Shown here one piece after another: positions 31,522 through 41,161 of a stretch of 64,000 nt of DNA. Origin of the DNA: an uncultured Dorea sp. (GTDB taxonomy: Bacteria; Bacillota; Clostridia; Lachnospirales; Lachnospiraceae); the NCBI GenBank assembly GCA_910584265.1, contig CAJTZE010000002.1, forward strand, positions 4,161-68,160. Direction: 5' to 3'. Below the pieces are notes generated by a model. That model did no database searches and was not told where the DNA came from. It saw nothing but the letters and a program-made list of their open reading frames with translations. Made by a program: the position numbers and the translations under genes. How positions within the stretch are numbered: position 1 is the stretch's first letter; each line of letters starts with the position of its first letter.

Positions 31522-32367
31522 ATGAAGCCTCTAAAAAGGCAGGATCCCTTATATCCAACATACTCATATCATAGACAATTCTTACAAAGGTTCCTAAACT
31601 CCAAGAGGGCATCCTTCTGCCTTTCCGACAGAAGGGGCGTGATCACGGTAGAGGCAGCTCTTACTGTGCCGTTATTCTTCCTGGCAGTGCTTGCATTATT
31701 CTACATGCTTGAGGTGATGTCTATCCGGACAACCATCCGCAGCGGGATGCAGTATGCGGCAAAGGAGGCGGCAGAGAATATCTATGTGAACCCTGTGGTA
31801 ACGCCGGGAAGTCTGGAGGCAGATATTGTATCATCCATTGGCGGCGGGCGGCTGGAGAGGAGTATTGTGGTAAATGGAAGCGGAGGGATACATTGCGAGA
31901 AGTCCAGAATGTCGGCAGTTACAGGGATTCTGGAGCTTAGAGTAACCTATCAGATAAGGCTTCCGATTCCGATGTTTGCGGCAGCTCCGGTGAACATGGA
32001 GGAATCCATGCGGATGAAGGGCTGGAATGGGTATGTCCGTGCCGGATTCGGGCAGGAGGACGATGAGACAGTATATATTACGGAAAACGGAATGGTTTAT
32101 CACAGAGATTATCACTGTAATTATCTGGAGCTGTCAATCCGGATGGTTCCTTATGGCAGCGTGGACGGCCTGCGCAATGAAAGTCAGGGGAAATACCATG
32201 CCTGTGAGAGATGTGTACACGGCGGAGCGGCTGGTGAGGTTTATGTCACGGATTACGGAGACCGGTATCATAATTCGCTTAGCTGCAGCGGATTAAAGAG
32301 AACGGTTTATGCTGTTCCGCTTACGGAGGCAGTGGGGAAAGGAGCGTGTTCAAAATGCAGCAGGTAA
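31522..32367 (+). CDS. TadE-like minor pilin with two C-terminal His/Cys modules
   Basis: RG|VITVEAALTVPLF; YH..C..CxxC twice. Confidence 0.75.
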   Translation: MKPLKRQDPLYPTYSYHRQFLQRFLNSKRASFCLSDRRGVITVEAALTVPLFFLAVLALFYMLEVMSIRTTIRSGMQYAAKEAAENIYVNPVVTPGSLEADIVSSIGGGRLERSIVVNGSGGIHCEKSRMSAVTGILELRVTYQIRLPIPMFAAAPVNMEESMRMKGWNGYVRAGFGQEDDETVYITENGMVYHRDYHCNYLELSIRMVPYGSVDGLRNESQGKYHACERCVHGGAAGEVYVTDYGDRYHNSLSCSGLKRTVYAVPLTEAVGKGACSKCSR

Positions 32368-32825
32368 CTAGTTATATAGCGGGAAACGGAGTGCTGGCAG
32401 TCAGCAGGCTTATCTGCCTGGGAATGCTAGCGGGTCTATCGGCGACGGATCTGAAATACCGACGGATATCGGGATCGATGCTGATGCTGGGAACTGCGCT
32501 GTCGGCAGGCTATGTACTGTGGGCAGGCAGCGTACATATCCGTCCGGCTCTGGGAGGACTTCTGGTCGGGCTGGCGTTCGTGCTGGTGAGCAGGGTGACA
32601 AGAGAGCAGCTGGGGTATGGTGACAGCTGGCTGCTGTGTATACTGGGGGCATATCTGGGGACGTGGAATCTGCTGGCGCTATTATGTACAGCGTGGATGG
32701 CGGCGGCTCTGGCGGCAACGGCGGTACTTGCCGCCCGCAGATGCGGCCGGGGAACCGCCCTTCCGATGGTGCCGTTTATTACGGCGGGTTATGTGGTTAT
32801 GTGGGCAGGAGAGATTTTATCATAG
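32355..32825 (+). CDS. Prepilin peptidase (A24, TadV/CpaA-like)
   Basis: Catalytic aspartates in TDLKYRRI and GYGD; PMVPF. Confidence 0.85.
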   Translation: MQQVTSYIAGNGVLAVSRLICLGMLAGLSATDLKYRRISGSMLMLGTALSAGYVLWAGSVHIRPALGGLLVGLAFVLVSRVTREQLGYGDSWLLCILGAYLGTWNLLALLCTAWMAAALAATAVLAARRCGRGTALPMVPFITAGYVVMWAGEILS

Positions 32826-32841
32826 GATTTGGAGAAAGAGG

Positions 32842-33255
32842 ATGAAGCAGGAGCGGATTACAGACAGAGAATTTTCGGGAATGATTACAGTAGAGATGGC
32901 ATATATTGTGCCGGTTATATTGTTTGTGTTTTTCTTAAGTGTCATGGGAATATTTTATTATCATGACAAGCAGGTGATTGCCGCCTGTGCTTATGAGGCG
33001 GCCGTAACCGGAAGTACAAAGGCCAGAGAGAAGAACGGAGTTACAGCCGGAACGGTGGGTGCTGTATTTGAGGAGCGGGTGCATGGGAAATGCATTCTTT
33101 TTGGTGAGGTGTGCGGAAGTGCGCAGGTAAGTGACGAACAGATTGTGGTAAAAGCATCCGCGGCAAAGGGAAAGCTGCGGGCGGCAGTGATGGAGACGGC
33201 AAGCGTAACAGAACCGGAGACGAAGATAAGGAAATATAGAAGGCTGATGCCCTGA
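32842..33255 (+). CDS. TadE family minor pilin
   Basis: SG|MITVEMAYIVP prepilin motif. Confidence 0.8.
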   Translation: MKQERITDREFSGMITVEMAYIVPVILFVFFLSVMGIFYYHDKQVIAACAYEAAVTGSTKAREKNGVTAGTVGAVFEERVHGKCILFGEVCGSAQVSDEQIVVKASAAKGKLRAAVMETASVTEPETKIRKYRRLMP

Positions 33256-33287
33256 TAGGGAAATAAATAGCGGAAAGGAATTGTAGA

Positions 33288-34121
33288 GTGGAATTTCAAA
33301 CGGAATTAAAGAAGGAATTGAATCAGACAAGACTTAAAATCAGTTTGTCTGGATTATATACAGAAGATTACCAGATCCGGATGCTACGGGAAAACCGGGT
33401 TCAGGGCATGCTTCCAATCAGCGCCCGCGGGGAGGGAGAAACCACCGTCTATGAGTATGATATCACGGGCATGATATCTTTGAGACAGTATTATAAACAG
33501 AAGAAGATCAGCGGGAAGGAAATGAATGGATATTTAAAGCAGATACAGGAGGCGGTAGAAGAAACAGAGAGGTTTCTTCTGAATCCGAACAGGCTTCTGC
33601 TGGATCCGGATTATATTTTTTGCGAAGATGGAATCTGCCGGTTCTGCTATTTTCCACAGGGAAAAGAGGATATACGCATGTCCTTTCACCGGCTGATGGA
33701 TGATTTTGTTCAGTGGACGGATTATCAGGATATTTCCAGTGTGAAGACAGCCTTTTATCTGCATAAAGAGACAATGAAGGAAAATTACAGCCTGAAAAGA
33801 CTTATACAGGAGCTGGAGAAACTGGAACGTGACGAAGAAGAAAAAAAAGAAAACAATGAAAACAGGGAAGATGACGCGTTCCGGGATGAGAGGCGGAAAC
33901 AAAGGAGAGAAGGAGAGTCCGGCAGGAAACAGCTGTGGGAGCGGGAGACATTTGAGTATGACAGCGAAGAGCATGACTGGATCACCAGACAGGAAATGGG
34001 GAGTAAGATTCTGAAGGAAACGGATAATCTGTGGAGTCCGGTGAAGCGGCTGCTTCATCGGTATAAAAGGCCGAAATGGGGAGACTGGGACGGAGTCTAT
34101 ATTGATGAAGAGGATTTCTAG
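33288..34121 (+). CDS. DUF6382 domain protein
   Basis: YQIRMLREN, YDITGMISL, LLLDPDYIF; last gene of the tad cluster. Confidence 0.65.
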   Translation: MEFQTELKKELNQTRLKISLSGLYTEDYQIRMLRENRVQGMLPISARGEGETTVYEYDITGMISLRQYYKQKKISGKEMNGYLKQIQEAVEETERFLLNPNRLLLDPDYIFCEDGICRFCYFPQGKEDIRMSFHRLMDDFVQWTDYQDISSVKTAFYLHKETMKENYSLKRLIQELEKLERDEEEKKENNENREDDAFRDERRKQRREGESGRKQLWERETFEYDSEEHDWITRQEMGSKILKETDNLWSPVKRLLHRYKRPKWGDWDGVYIDEEDF

Positions 34122-34236
34122 GATGGCAGCCGCAGGTTTCAAGTTCACAGCATAGAAAAAAAGTTTATTCTTTTGTCGACTCAGATGGTAAATAATGGTA
34201 TAATAGCAACAAAATATGATGTAGAAGGAGTGGGCT

Positions 34237-34851
34237 ATGTACCAGAAGAAGGCGCCGTGCACGATTGCATTGGCGGCCGTGAATATAATTGTGTTCCTGA
34301 TACTGTCCTTTCAGGGAATGACAGAGGACGCCGGATTCATGCTGGAACATGGGGCTATGTATACACCGGATATTATCTATGCAGGCAAATACTATGAGTT
34401 GTTTACCTGCATGTTTCTTCATTATGGATTCGAGCATCTGATGAATAATATGCTTGCGCTGGTGCTGCTTGGATGGCAGCTAGAGCATGAGCTTGGCAGA
34501 GTGAAGTATGTACTGCTTTATCTGCTTAGCGGACTGGCTGGGAACCTGCTGTCTCTTTCCGTGGATCTGCACACAGAAGAATATGCTGTGTCGGCCGGCG
34601 CTTCCGGAGCAATTTTTGGGATTATCGGAGCATTGTTGTATATTGCAGTCCGAAGCCACGGACGCGTAGGCAGCGTGTCTGGAAGAGGTATCCTATTTAT
34701 GATGGCGCTTACGCTGTACCATGGGTTTACCAGCGGGGGAGTAGATAATTCGGCGCATATTGGCGGCGCACTGGCAGGATTTGTTTTAGCGGTTATTCTG
34801 TACCGCAGGAATCGGAATCCGGGACAGCAACCGCGGGAAGAAGTATGGTAA
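34237..34851 (+). CDS. Rhomboid family intramembrane protease
   Basis: HLMNNM, GASGAIFG, AHIGG. Confidence 0.92.
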   Translation: MYQKKAPCTIALAAVNIIVFLILSFQGMTEDAGFMLEHGAMYTPDIIYAGKYYELFTCMFLHYGFEHLMNNMLALVLLGWQLEHELGRVKYVLLYLLSGLAGNLLSLSVDLHTEEYAVSAGASGAIFGIIGALLYIAVRSHGRVGSVSGRGILFMMALTLYHGFTSGGVDNSAHIGGALAGFVLAVILYRRNRNPGQQPREEVW

Positions 34852-35602
34852 AGGCAGTTCCGGTATCTGGGTGAGACTCGGCGGTAAGGGTTCCACCGTG
34901 AGCTTCGATGATACGCCGGCTTAACGGGAGTCCAAGGCCTGTGCCTCCGGATTTGAAGGTGATAAATGGCGTGAAGATGTCTTCAAGGCGGTCGGAAGGG
35001 ATACCGCAGCCATTATCGCGGATCTGAATCTGCAGCCAGATGCGGCTTGTGGCGGTGTCTGGAAGCTGTGCCGTGTTTTCGGCGCGAACCGTATCTGCGT
35101 CCAGACGGATAGAGCCAGAGGTTCCTTCCGGGAAAGCTTCAAAAGCATTCTTTAGCAGATTCAGAAGAACTTCTTTTAGCTTTGCCGCATCTGCCTCAAT
35201 GGGCGGAAGGCTGGGAGCAGTGCGGGAAGTAAATTCTATATTTGATGCTTCAAGGGAGGCGGCAAAGGACAGGACAAGCTGTTTGAGAAACGAGCTGGTA
35301 TTTAGAGTTTCTCTATGTAAGGATAGTCCATTATTATAATCAGACAGATCTGTGAGAAGCTGCATCATATATATGACATCCTGATGGAGGGCATCCCAGT
35401 GACGAAAAGTATGTACTTCGGGGTGAGCCGATTCGATCAGCTGCAGCGAACTATATACAAGAGTTAGAGGATTACGTATTTCGTGGGTAATGGTACTGAC
35501 TGATTCTCTATGAGAGGCAAGAAGCCTGCCGATAATATCTGCATGTACCGGGCTTTCTGCCATAATTTGTCTTAATTTGACGAGATCTGTAGATGTATAC
35601 AT
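34793..35602 (-). CDS. Orphan cytoplasmic histidine kinase
   Basis: HEIRNPL, NLLKNA, DNGCGI, GTGLGL; no TM or sensor domain, no adjacent response regulator. Confidence 0.88.
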   Translation of the reverse strand: MYTSTDLVKLRQIMAESPVHADIIGRLLASHRESVSTITHEIRNPLTLVYSSLQLIESAHPEVHTFRHWDALHQDVIYMMQLLTDLSDYNNGLSLHRETLNTSSFLKQLVLSFAASLEASNIEFTSRTAPSLPPIEADAAKLKEVLLNLLKNAFEAFPEGTSGSIRLDADTVRAENTAQLPDTATSRIWLQIQIRDNGCGIPSDRLEDIFTPFITFKSGGTGLGLPLSRRIIEAHGGTLTAESHPDTGTAFTILLPAVAVPDSDSCGTE

Positions 35603-35757
35603 AAACGCACCGCCTTTCTGGATTATCAGTGTAACACCGGCGGTTAGAATATGCAAGAGAGGATTTTCGGAAATAAAGCTATATCGTAACAGTTCAACTG
35701 GAGTAACTGTTATGGGAGCATTATAGTATATTTTGTATCAGAAAGAGGGTAATAGAT

Positions 35758-36174
35758 ATGAAAAAGGACGATTGTATTTTCTGTAAGATTGCAAATGGGG
35801 AGATTCCATCGGCAACATTGTATGAAGATGAGAGGTTCCGGGTGATTTTGGATCTTGGACCGGCATCAAAGGGGCATGCGCTGATTCTGCCGAAGGAGCA
35901 TTATCCGAATTTGTATGAACTGCCGGATGAGCTGGCGGAAAAGGTAATCCTTCTGGCAAAGAAGATGATTGTGAAGATGACAAAGGCTCTGGACTGCGAC
36001 GGATTTAATGTGGTGCAGAATAACGGGGCTCCTGCAGGGCAGACTGTATTTCACTTTCATATGCATCTGATTCCGAGATATGAGAACGATGATGCAGGGT
36101 TTGGATGGAATACCGGCGAATTAAGCGAGGCTGATAAAGAAGATATTCTGGCCAAGATGAGAGAGATTGATTAG
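35758..36174 (+). CDS. HIT family hydrolase
   Basis: CIFC and HFHMHLIPR. Confidence 0.93.
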   Translation: MKKDDCIFCKIANGEIPSATLYEDERFRVILDLGPASKGHALILPKEHYPNLYELPDELAEKVILLAKKMIVKMTKALDCDGFNVVQNNGAPAGQTVFHFHMHLIPRYENDDAGFGWNTGELSEADKEDILAKMREID

Positions 36175-36212
36175 AGCAAAGGCAAAATCTATAGTAAAAA
36201 AGGAAAATAATT

Positions 36213-36767
36213 GTGGAAATGGAGTCCGGAAGAAGAGAAGACTTCGATGCTGTATACAGAGAATATCGGCATTTGATATTTCAGACAGCGCTTGTGAATA
36301 TCCATAATCCAAATGATGCAGAAGATATTGCGCAGGAAGCGTTCATCAGATATTACGTCCACAGTGCGCACAGCGAGGTGGAAAACCCCAAGAGCTGGCT
36401 GATGGTCACTGCGAGGAATCTGGCATATAATTACGTGAAGCATACAAGGTATGAAAGACTTTTACACGAAGATGAGAATATAGAGACCATGCTTAAACAT
36501 GCACCTGATTTGGAAGACGTTTTCTTTGAAAACATGTGGAGGATGGAAGTGCTGGAATATACAGACAGAGTTCTTAAAGCAGTAAAAGATAAAAACAAGA
36601 GATGGTATGATGTGTTGATTTATGCGTACTGCATGGAGATGCCGAGACGGGATATTGCAGAATGTATGGGTATATCCGTGGAAGCATTGTCGAGTATGTT
36701 ACAGAGAGCGAAGAATTGGATAAAAGAAAATTATAGAGACGAATTTGACCACATTGCCAGAACATAG
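36213..36767 (+). CDS. ECF-type sigma-70 factor
   Basis: DAEDIAQEAF, WLMVTARN (region 2), IAECMGIS...RAK (region 4). Confidence 0.88.
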   Translation: MEMESGRREDFDAVYREYRHLIFQTALVNIHNPNDAEDIAQEAFIRYYVHSAHSEVENPKSWLMVTARNLAYNYVKHTRYERLLHEDENIETMLKHAPDLEDVFFENMWRMEVLEYTDRVLKAVKDKNKRWYDVLIYAYCMEMPRRDIAECMGISVEALSSMLQRAKNWIKENYRDEFDHIART

Positions 36768-36795
36768 AAAAAGGTGTCAGATTGACACCTTTTTA
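36768..36795. terminator. Bidirectional terminator
   Basis: AAAAAGGTGTCA-GAT-TGACACCTTTTT. Confidence 0.8.
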
Positions 36796-36831
36796 TACTA
36801 GACATGAGGGTCTGCCTGCATAATACTATTC

Positions 36832-37899
36832 TTATGAATGTACGGCGGACTCGATTAAATCAATGATTGTGTCAATGGAGTCCTGTTGGTTTGAATCCAT
36901 CATGGCTGACACATATTGTGCCCGGTTCTTGTAGAGACTGCGGACAGCGGATAGAAGCCCGGCGTCCGTGATCTGTTCTTCTTCAAGAACTGCACTAAAG
37001 CCCTGGCGTTCAAATGAGCGGGCATTCAACAGCTGGTCGCCGCGGCTTGCGTTTGCAGACAGCGGAATCAGAAGACTCGGCTTATGCAGAGCCAGAAGCT
37101 CGCAGATCGCATTAGCACCTGCCCGGGAAATCACAATGTCAGACAGGGCGAACAGATCTTTTAGTTCATCCTTAATATATTCATATTGTACGTAGCCGTT
37201 CAGATTATTCAGGGAGGGGTCAAGCTTGCCTCTGCCGCATAAATGGACTACGTGAAAATCCTTCAGAAGTGACGGAAGGATTCTGCGGACAGCTTCGTTG
37301 ACGGCTGCGGCGCCAAGGCTTCCGCCAATGATTAGAATTACCGGCTTATGGTCATCAAGACCGGTAAAATTACGGGCATTCAGTTTGTCGCCGGATAGCA
37401 GCTCCTGCCGGATGGGCGACCCGGTGAGTACAGCCTTATCTGCAGGAAGAAGTTTCACGGTTTCCGGAAAGTTGCAGCATACCTTGCTGGCAGAAGGGAT
37501 GGATATCTTATTTGCAAGACCGGGGGTCATATCCGATTCATGGATAATCACCGGCACCCTGCATTTCTTTCCAGCGAGAACAACTGGAACGGATACAAAC
37601 CCGCCCTTGGAGAAGATGACATTCGGCCTGAGCAGCTTGATCAGCTTGCGGGCTTCGCCAAAGCCCTTCACAACACGGAAGGGGTCTGTGAAGTTCTGCA
37701 GACTGAAATATCTCCTTAGTTTGCCGGAAGAAATTCCGTGATAAGGAATGCCGAATTGTTCAATCAGTTCCTTTTCGATTCCGTTATAAGAACCGATATA
37801 GTGGATATCGTATTCTAGTTCTTTGAGACGCGGCAGTAAAGCGATATTCGGGGTTACATGCCCTGCAGTGCCGCCGCCGGTTAAGATGATACGTTTCAT
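36832..37899 (-). CDS. murG: Undecaprenyl-PP-MurNAc-pentapeptide GlcNAc transferase
   Basis: GGGTAGHV, KGGFVS, HESD, GGSLGA, SRAG, DQLLNA. Confidence 0.95.
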   Translation of the reverse strand: MKRIILTGGGTAGHVTPNIALLPRLKELEYDIHYIGSYNGIEKELIEQFGIPYHGISSGKLRRYFSLQNFTDPFRVVKGFGEARKLIKLLRPNVIFSKGGFVSVPVVLAGKKCRVPVIIHESDMTPGLANKISIPSASKVCCNFPETVKLLPADKAVLTGSPIRQELLSGDKLNARNFTGLDDHKPVILIIGGSLGAAAVNEAVRRILPSLLKDFHVVHLCGRGKLDPSLNNLNGYVQYEYIKDELKDLFALSDIVISRAGANAICELLALHKPSLLIPLSANASRGDQLLNARSFERQGFSAVLEEEQITDAGLLSAVRSLYKNRAQYVSAMMDSNQQDSIDTIIDLIESAVHS

Positions 37900-37974
37900 A
37901 GTGCGCCTCCAATCCATCGTCATAGAATAATTGTAAACGAGGGGAGAGCGCTGGTCAAGTGAAAAGAGGAAGAT

Positions 37975-38907
37975 ATGAGAGACCAATTTGATAATTATGA
38001 AAAGAGAATAAGGGAAAAGCTGGACCGGGAAGCGGAGGAGATCGAGCGCAGGATAAAAGAGGATCCACAGGCGGCAGAGGCCAGAGCAGACGAGGAACTG
38101 GATAGGAAGGTCTATGCCGGAGTGGAGGCTTATGAGAATGCCGCCGCCAAGAAGAATGGTTCCGGCGCGGAGGAGCTGGCCTGTGCAGAAGAGCTGGACG
38201 ATGCGGTTCTGGCAGGTCTTCCCGAGAAAGACCGGGAAGCACTGCGCCTTGGGCGGGAATTGCAGAGACGCCTCAGAGAAGAAGAGAACGGAAGAGGGAC
38301 CGGAAAAAAGGCAGGAAAGCTTGCCGGAATGTGGAAACGCATTGCAGTGGCTGTGGTGGTGCTGGTATTAGCGGGCGGAGCCGGAGTGCATAGTATCGGT
38401 GGGCCGAATCGTATTGTGGAGATTATGGAGTTGGCAATTAGTGGGAAAAAAATATCACAAGGGAATAGTTCTGCAGATGATGTAAAATTGTCAACAGAGG
38501 ATAAAGAAATGGAGGCATACCAACAGATTAAAAATGAACTGGGAATAGATCCGGTAAGACCGCTTGAACTGCCAGACGGAGCAAAATTTAAATCCTGTGA
38601 GGTGGATTCGGAAATCCGATTAGCACAATTAATGTACCTTTTTGGAGACAGGAATCTTTCTTATCTAATTACTGATTCTTATACAGAAGAATTATGGAGC
38701 ATAGGGATTGGAGACGAAGCTTTAGATGAATACCCCTATGCAAAAGGGAGATTAAATGCGGAAATTACAGAATATGAGTTGCCGGAAAGTAAGGGAAAAA
38801 AATATGTTGCGAAATTTGAGTATAATGGAATCTATTATCAATTAATAGGGACGATGGAATGGGCTGATTTTGAAGAAATTTTAAAAAATTTGCGCTTTCC
38901 TGTTTAA
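37975..38907 (+). CDS. DUF4367-like single-pass membrane protein (putative anti-sigma factor)
   Basis: Charged cytoplasmic N-terminus, one TM, C-terminal YYQLIG...FEEILKNL. Confidence 0.6.
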   Translation: MRDQFDNYEKRIREKLDREAEEIERRIKEDPQAAEARADEELDRKVYAGVEAYENAAAKKNGSGAEELACAEELDDAVLAGLPEKDREALRLGRELQRRLREEENGRGTGKKAGKLAGMWKRIAVAVVVLVLAGGAGVHSIGGPNRIVEIMELAISGKKISQGNSSADDVKLSTEDKEMEAYQQIKNELGIDPVRPLELPDGAKFKSCEVDSEIRLAQLMYLFGDRNLSYLITDSYTEELWSIGIGDEALDEYPYAKGRLNAEITEYELPESKGKKYVAKFEYNGIYYQLIGTMEWADFEEILKNLRFPV

Positions 38908-38961
38908 AAAGCGATGGTTTTTGTAAGTTCAGTTGTCTATATATATGAGGAGGGGGAAATT

Positions 38962-39456
38962 ATGGGGAATGCGATGAGGAAACGGGTAGTGTCTGGTATC
39001 TGTGCTCTGGTGCTGATGTTCGGTTTCATGATGAGTACGGGGTTGGATACGAAAGCGTCCGATGACCGGCCGGTGTTGGATGGCTCCTATCTGACCGACG
39101 AGACTGAGTCCACTGGGACAGATATTAAGATTACGCGGGGAGAGCATCTTCAGTACGGCTATTCTAAGATAAGAAAAGTAGGCCCTGGTGTTATCTATGT
39201 AGGCGGCACTACGATTGGAGAGCATACCTGTAAGTCCATACAGGTTTCTGTAATTGTACAGCGCGCCAAGTGGGAAGACGAGGAATGGGAGACTGTCGCA
39301 ACCTTTCACAAGGAGAATACCAATGCTGATCTGGTGAGCATCACGGAGAAGCTGGAGGTAGAAGGTGATTGGTATTATCGTATAAAGTGCATCCATTCAG
39401 CAGACGGGGACGTGACTTACTCTCTTACGAATGGCCTGTATGTGGAGGAGCCCTGA
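38962..39456 (+). CDS. Secreted DUF6147-like protein
   Basis: Signal peptide; DGSYLT, TRGEHLQYG and YYRIKCIH motifs. Confidence 0.55.
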   Translation: MGNAMRKRVVSGICALVLMFGFMMSTGLDTKASDDRPVLDGSYLTDETESTGTDIKITRGEHLQYGYSKIRKVGPGVIYVGGTTIGEHTCKSIQVSVIVQRAKWEDEEWETVATFHKENTNADLVSITEKLEVEGDWYYRIKCIHSADGDVTYSLTNGLYVEEP

Positions 39457-39713
39457 TGGTACCACCCCGCCCGTGGAAGATTGCAATTCCTTATAATTTC
39501 CCGAAGTGCTAATGACAAAAGGGGCAGTGGTTTACGAATTAAAGAAAAAAAGAGCCCTCAAGCCGGCTCGGGCAGTTTTGAGTCCGCTTCGGGACTCTGA
39601 TTCTATAAGTAACGAAGCCGCTGCTTACAGCATGTTTCTCAGAAAAAGAGTTGGAGGTGCGGTAATCCAGAAATTAATATTCCGAAGGGATTAGAGAACA
39701 CGATGACCGTACA

Positions 39714-39757
39714 CACAGAAAAAAGAGACTGCTTTTGTAGAGTCTCTTTTTTCTGTG
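39714..39757. terminator. Bidirectional terminator
   Basis: Perfect 17-bp inverted repeat CACAGAAAAAAGAGACT-N10-AGTCTCTTTTTTCTGTG. Confidence 0.85.
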
Positions 39758-39786
39758 GAACGATCATGCTGCGATCAAGCATAGTG

Positions 39787-40029
39787 TTACTCAGCCATTG
39801 CGGCTCTCAGTGCTTTTGCGAGCTGATCAGGACAGGATGTGGATTTGAAGCCGCAGCGGATGCCCTCCAGTCTGGAAATAGCCTCCTCAGCTTTCATGCC
39901 CTGCACCAGAGAGGCAACGCCCTGTGTGTTGCCGGAACAGCCGCCCACAAATTCTACAGATTTGATAACGTCGCCATCTAATTCTAACTGGATCGCCTGT
40001 GAACAGGTTCCCTGTGTCTTATATACCAT
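39787..40029 (-). CDS. TSCPD domain protein (TIGR03905-like)
   Basis: GTCS, GGCSGN, TSCPDQLA. Confidence 0.88.
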   Translation of the reverse strand: MVYKTQGTCSQAIQLELDGDVIKSVEFVGGCSGNTQGVASLVQGMKAEEAISRLEGIRCGFKSTSCPDQLAKALRAAMAE

Positions 40030-40305
40030 GATAGTATCCTCCTTTGTTGATTTACAGGAATTATAACAAAAAGAAGAAGAAAATACCAGAGGCATCGGCT
40101 GCGGATTTGAAGTTGAATAAATACAAAGCGAATGTCTATATTTAATTTATAATATATGGTATACTTCTACAGGATAAAATTGATAGATATGAGCTGGATC
40201 GGCAGTATGAAGATGAGACCCGGAAAAGATATTTTATAGAAGAGAGGTGCAGGCTGATATGTATTTATCCAAGATTCATATTGAGAATATAAGGAGGAAA
40301 AACAG

Positions 40306-40998
40306 ATGATTGGAATTATTGGAGCTATGGATGAAGAGGTCACAGCTTTGAAGGAAGCAATGGACGTCAGGGAAACGGTGGAGCGGGCAGGCATGAATTT
40401 TGTGAAGGGAACGCTCGGCAGTAAAGAGGTTACGGTGGTGCGCAGCGGCATCGGGAAGGTGAATGCGGGAATCTGCGCGCAGATTCTGGTGTCGGAGTTC
40501 CAGGCGGAGGTGCTGATCAATACGGGCATTGCCGGATCGCTGGATGCACGGATTGATATCGGAGATATGGTAATTTCTACGGATGCACTTTACCATGATA
40601 TGGATGCAACGGCATTCGGATATCCGTTGGGAGAGGTGCCGAGGATGGACCTTCTTGCATTTCCGGCAGATGAGAGGCTGGTGAAGCAGGCTGTGGAGGC
40701 GAATGCGGAGGCGAATCCGGATATTCATACTTTTACCGGAAGAGTGGTGAGCGGCGACCAGTTTGTAGCGTCAGATGAAGTGAAGGAGAAGATTTTAAAG
40801 AACTTTGGAGGTCTGTGCACGGAGATGGAAGGCGCGGCGATCGCCCATGCGGCTTATCTGAACAAAGTTTCGTGTGTCATTATTCGTGCTATTTCGGATA
40901 AGGCGGACGGAAGTGCTTCGGAGGATTATCCGGCCTTCGAGAAGAAGGCAATCGAGCACAGCGTAAGGCTTGTGAAGACTCTGGCGGCAAGAATTTAA
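40306..40998 (+). CDS. mtnN: 5'-methylthioadenosine/SAH nucleosidase
   Basis: IGAMDEE, SGIGKVNA, EMEGAA, RAISD. Confidence 0.95.
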   Translation: MIGIIGAMDEEVTALKEAMDVRETVERAGMNFVKGTLGSKEVTVVRSGIGKVNAGICAQILVSEFQAEVLINTGIAGSLDARIDIGDMVISTDALYHDMDATAFGYPLGEVPRMDLLAFPADERLVKQAVEANAEANPDIHTFTGRVVSGDQFVASDEVKEKILKNFGGLCTEMEGAAIAHAAYLNKVSCVIIRAISDKADGSASEDYPAFEKKAIEHSVRLVKTLAARI

Positions 40999-41161
40999 TC
41001 AGAGAGGTTTTGCGGATTTTAGCGACAGCTTCTGACAGCGGCGCAGGGATTCGCCAGAGAATGGCATATTTCGGAAATCCTGACGCGAAATATGGAAAAC
41101 GGTTTTACTCCCCTCTTTTTCTGATTCGGTTATAATCGAATCAGAGAAGGAGGGTAAGATT

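Noticed and set aside
39457..39713. 62-aa ORF or sRNA in the intergenic region
   Set aside because: No good RBS, promoter or recognisable motif; only small hairpins.
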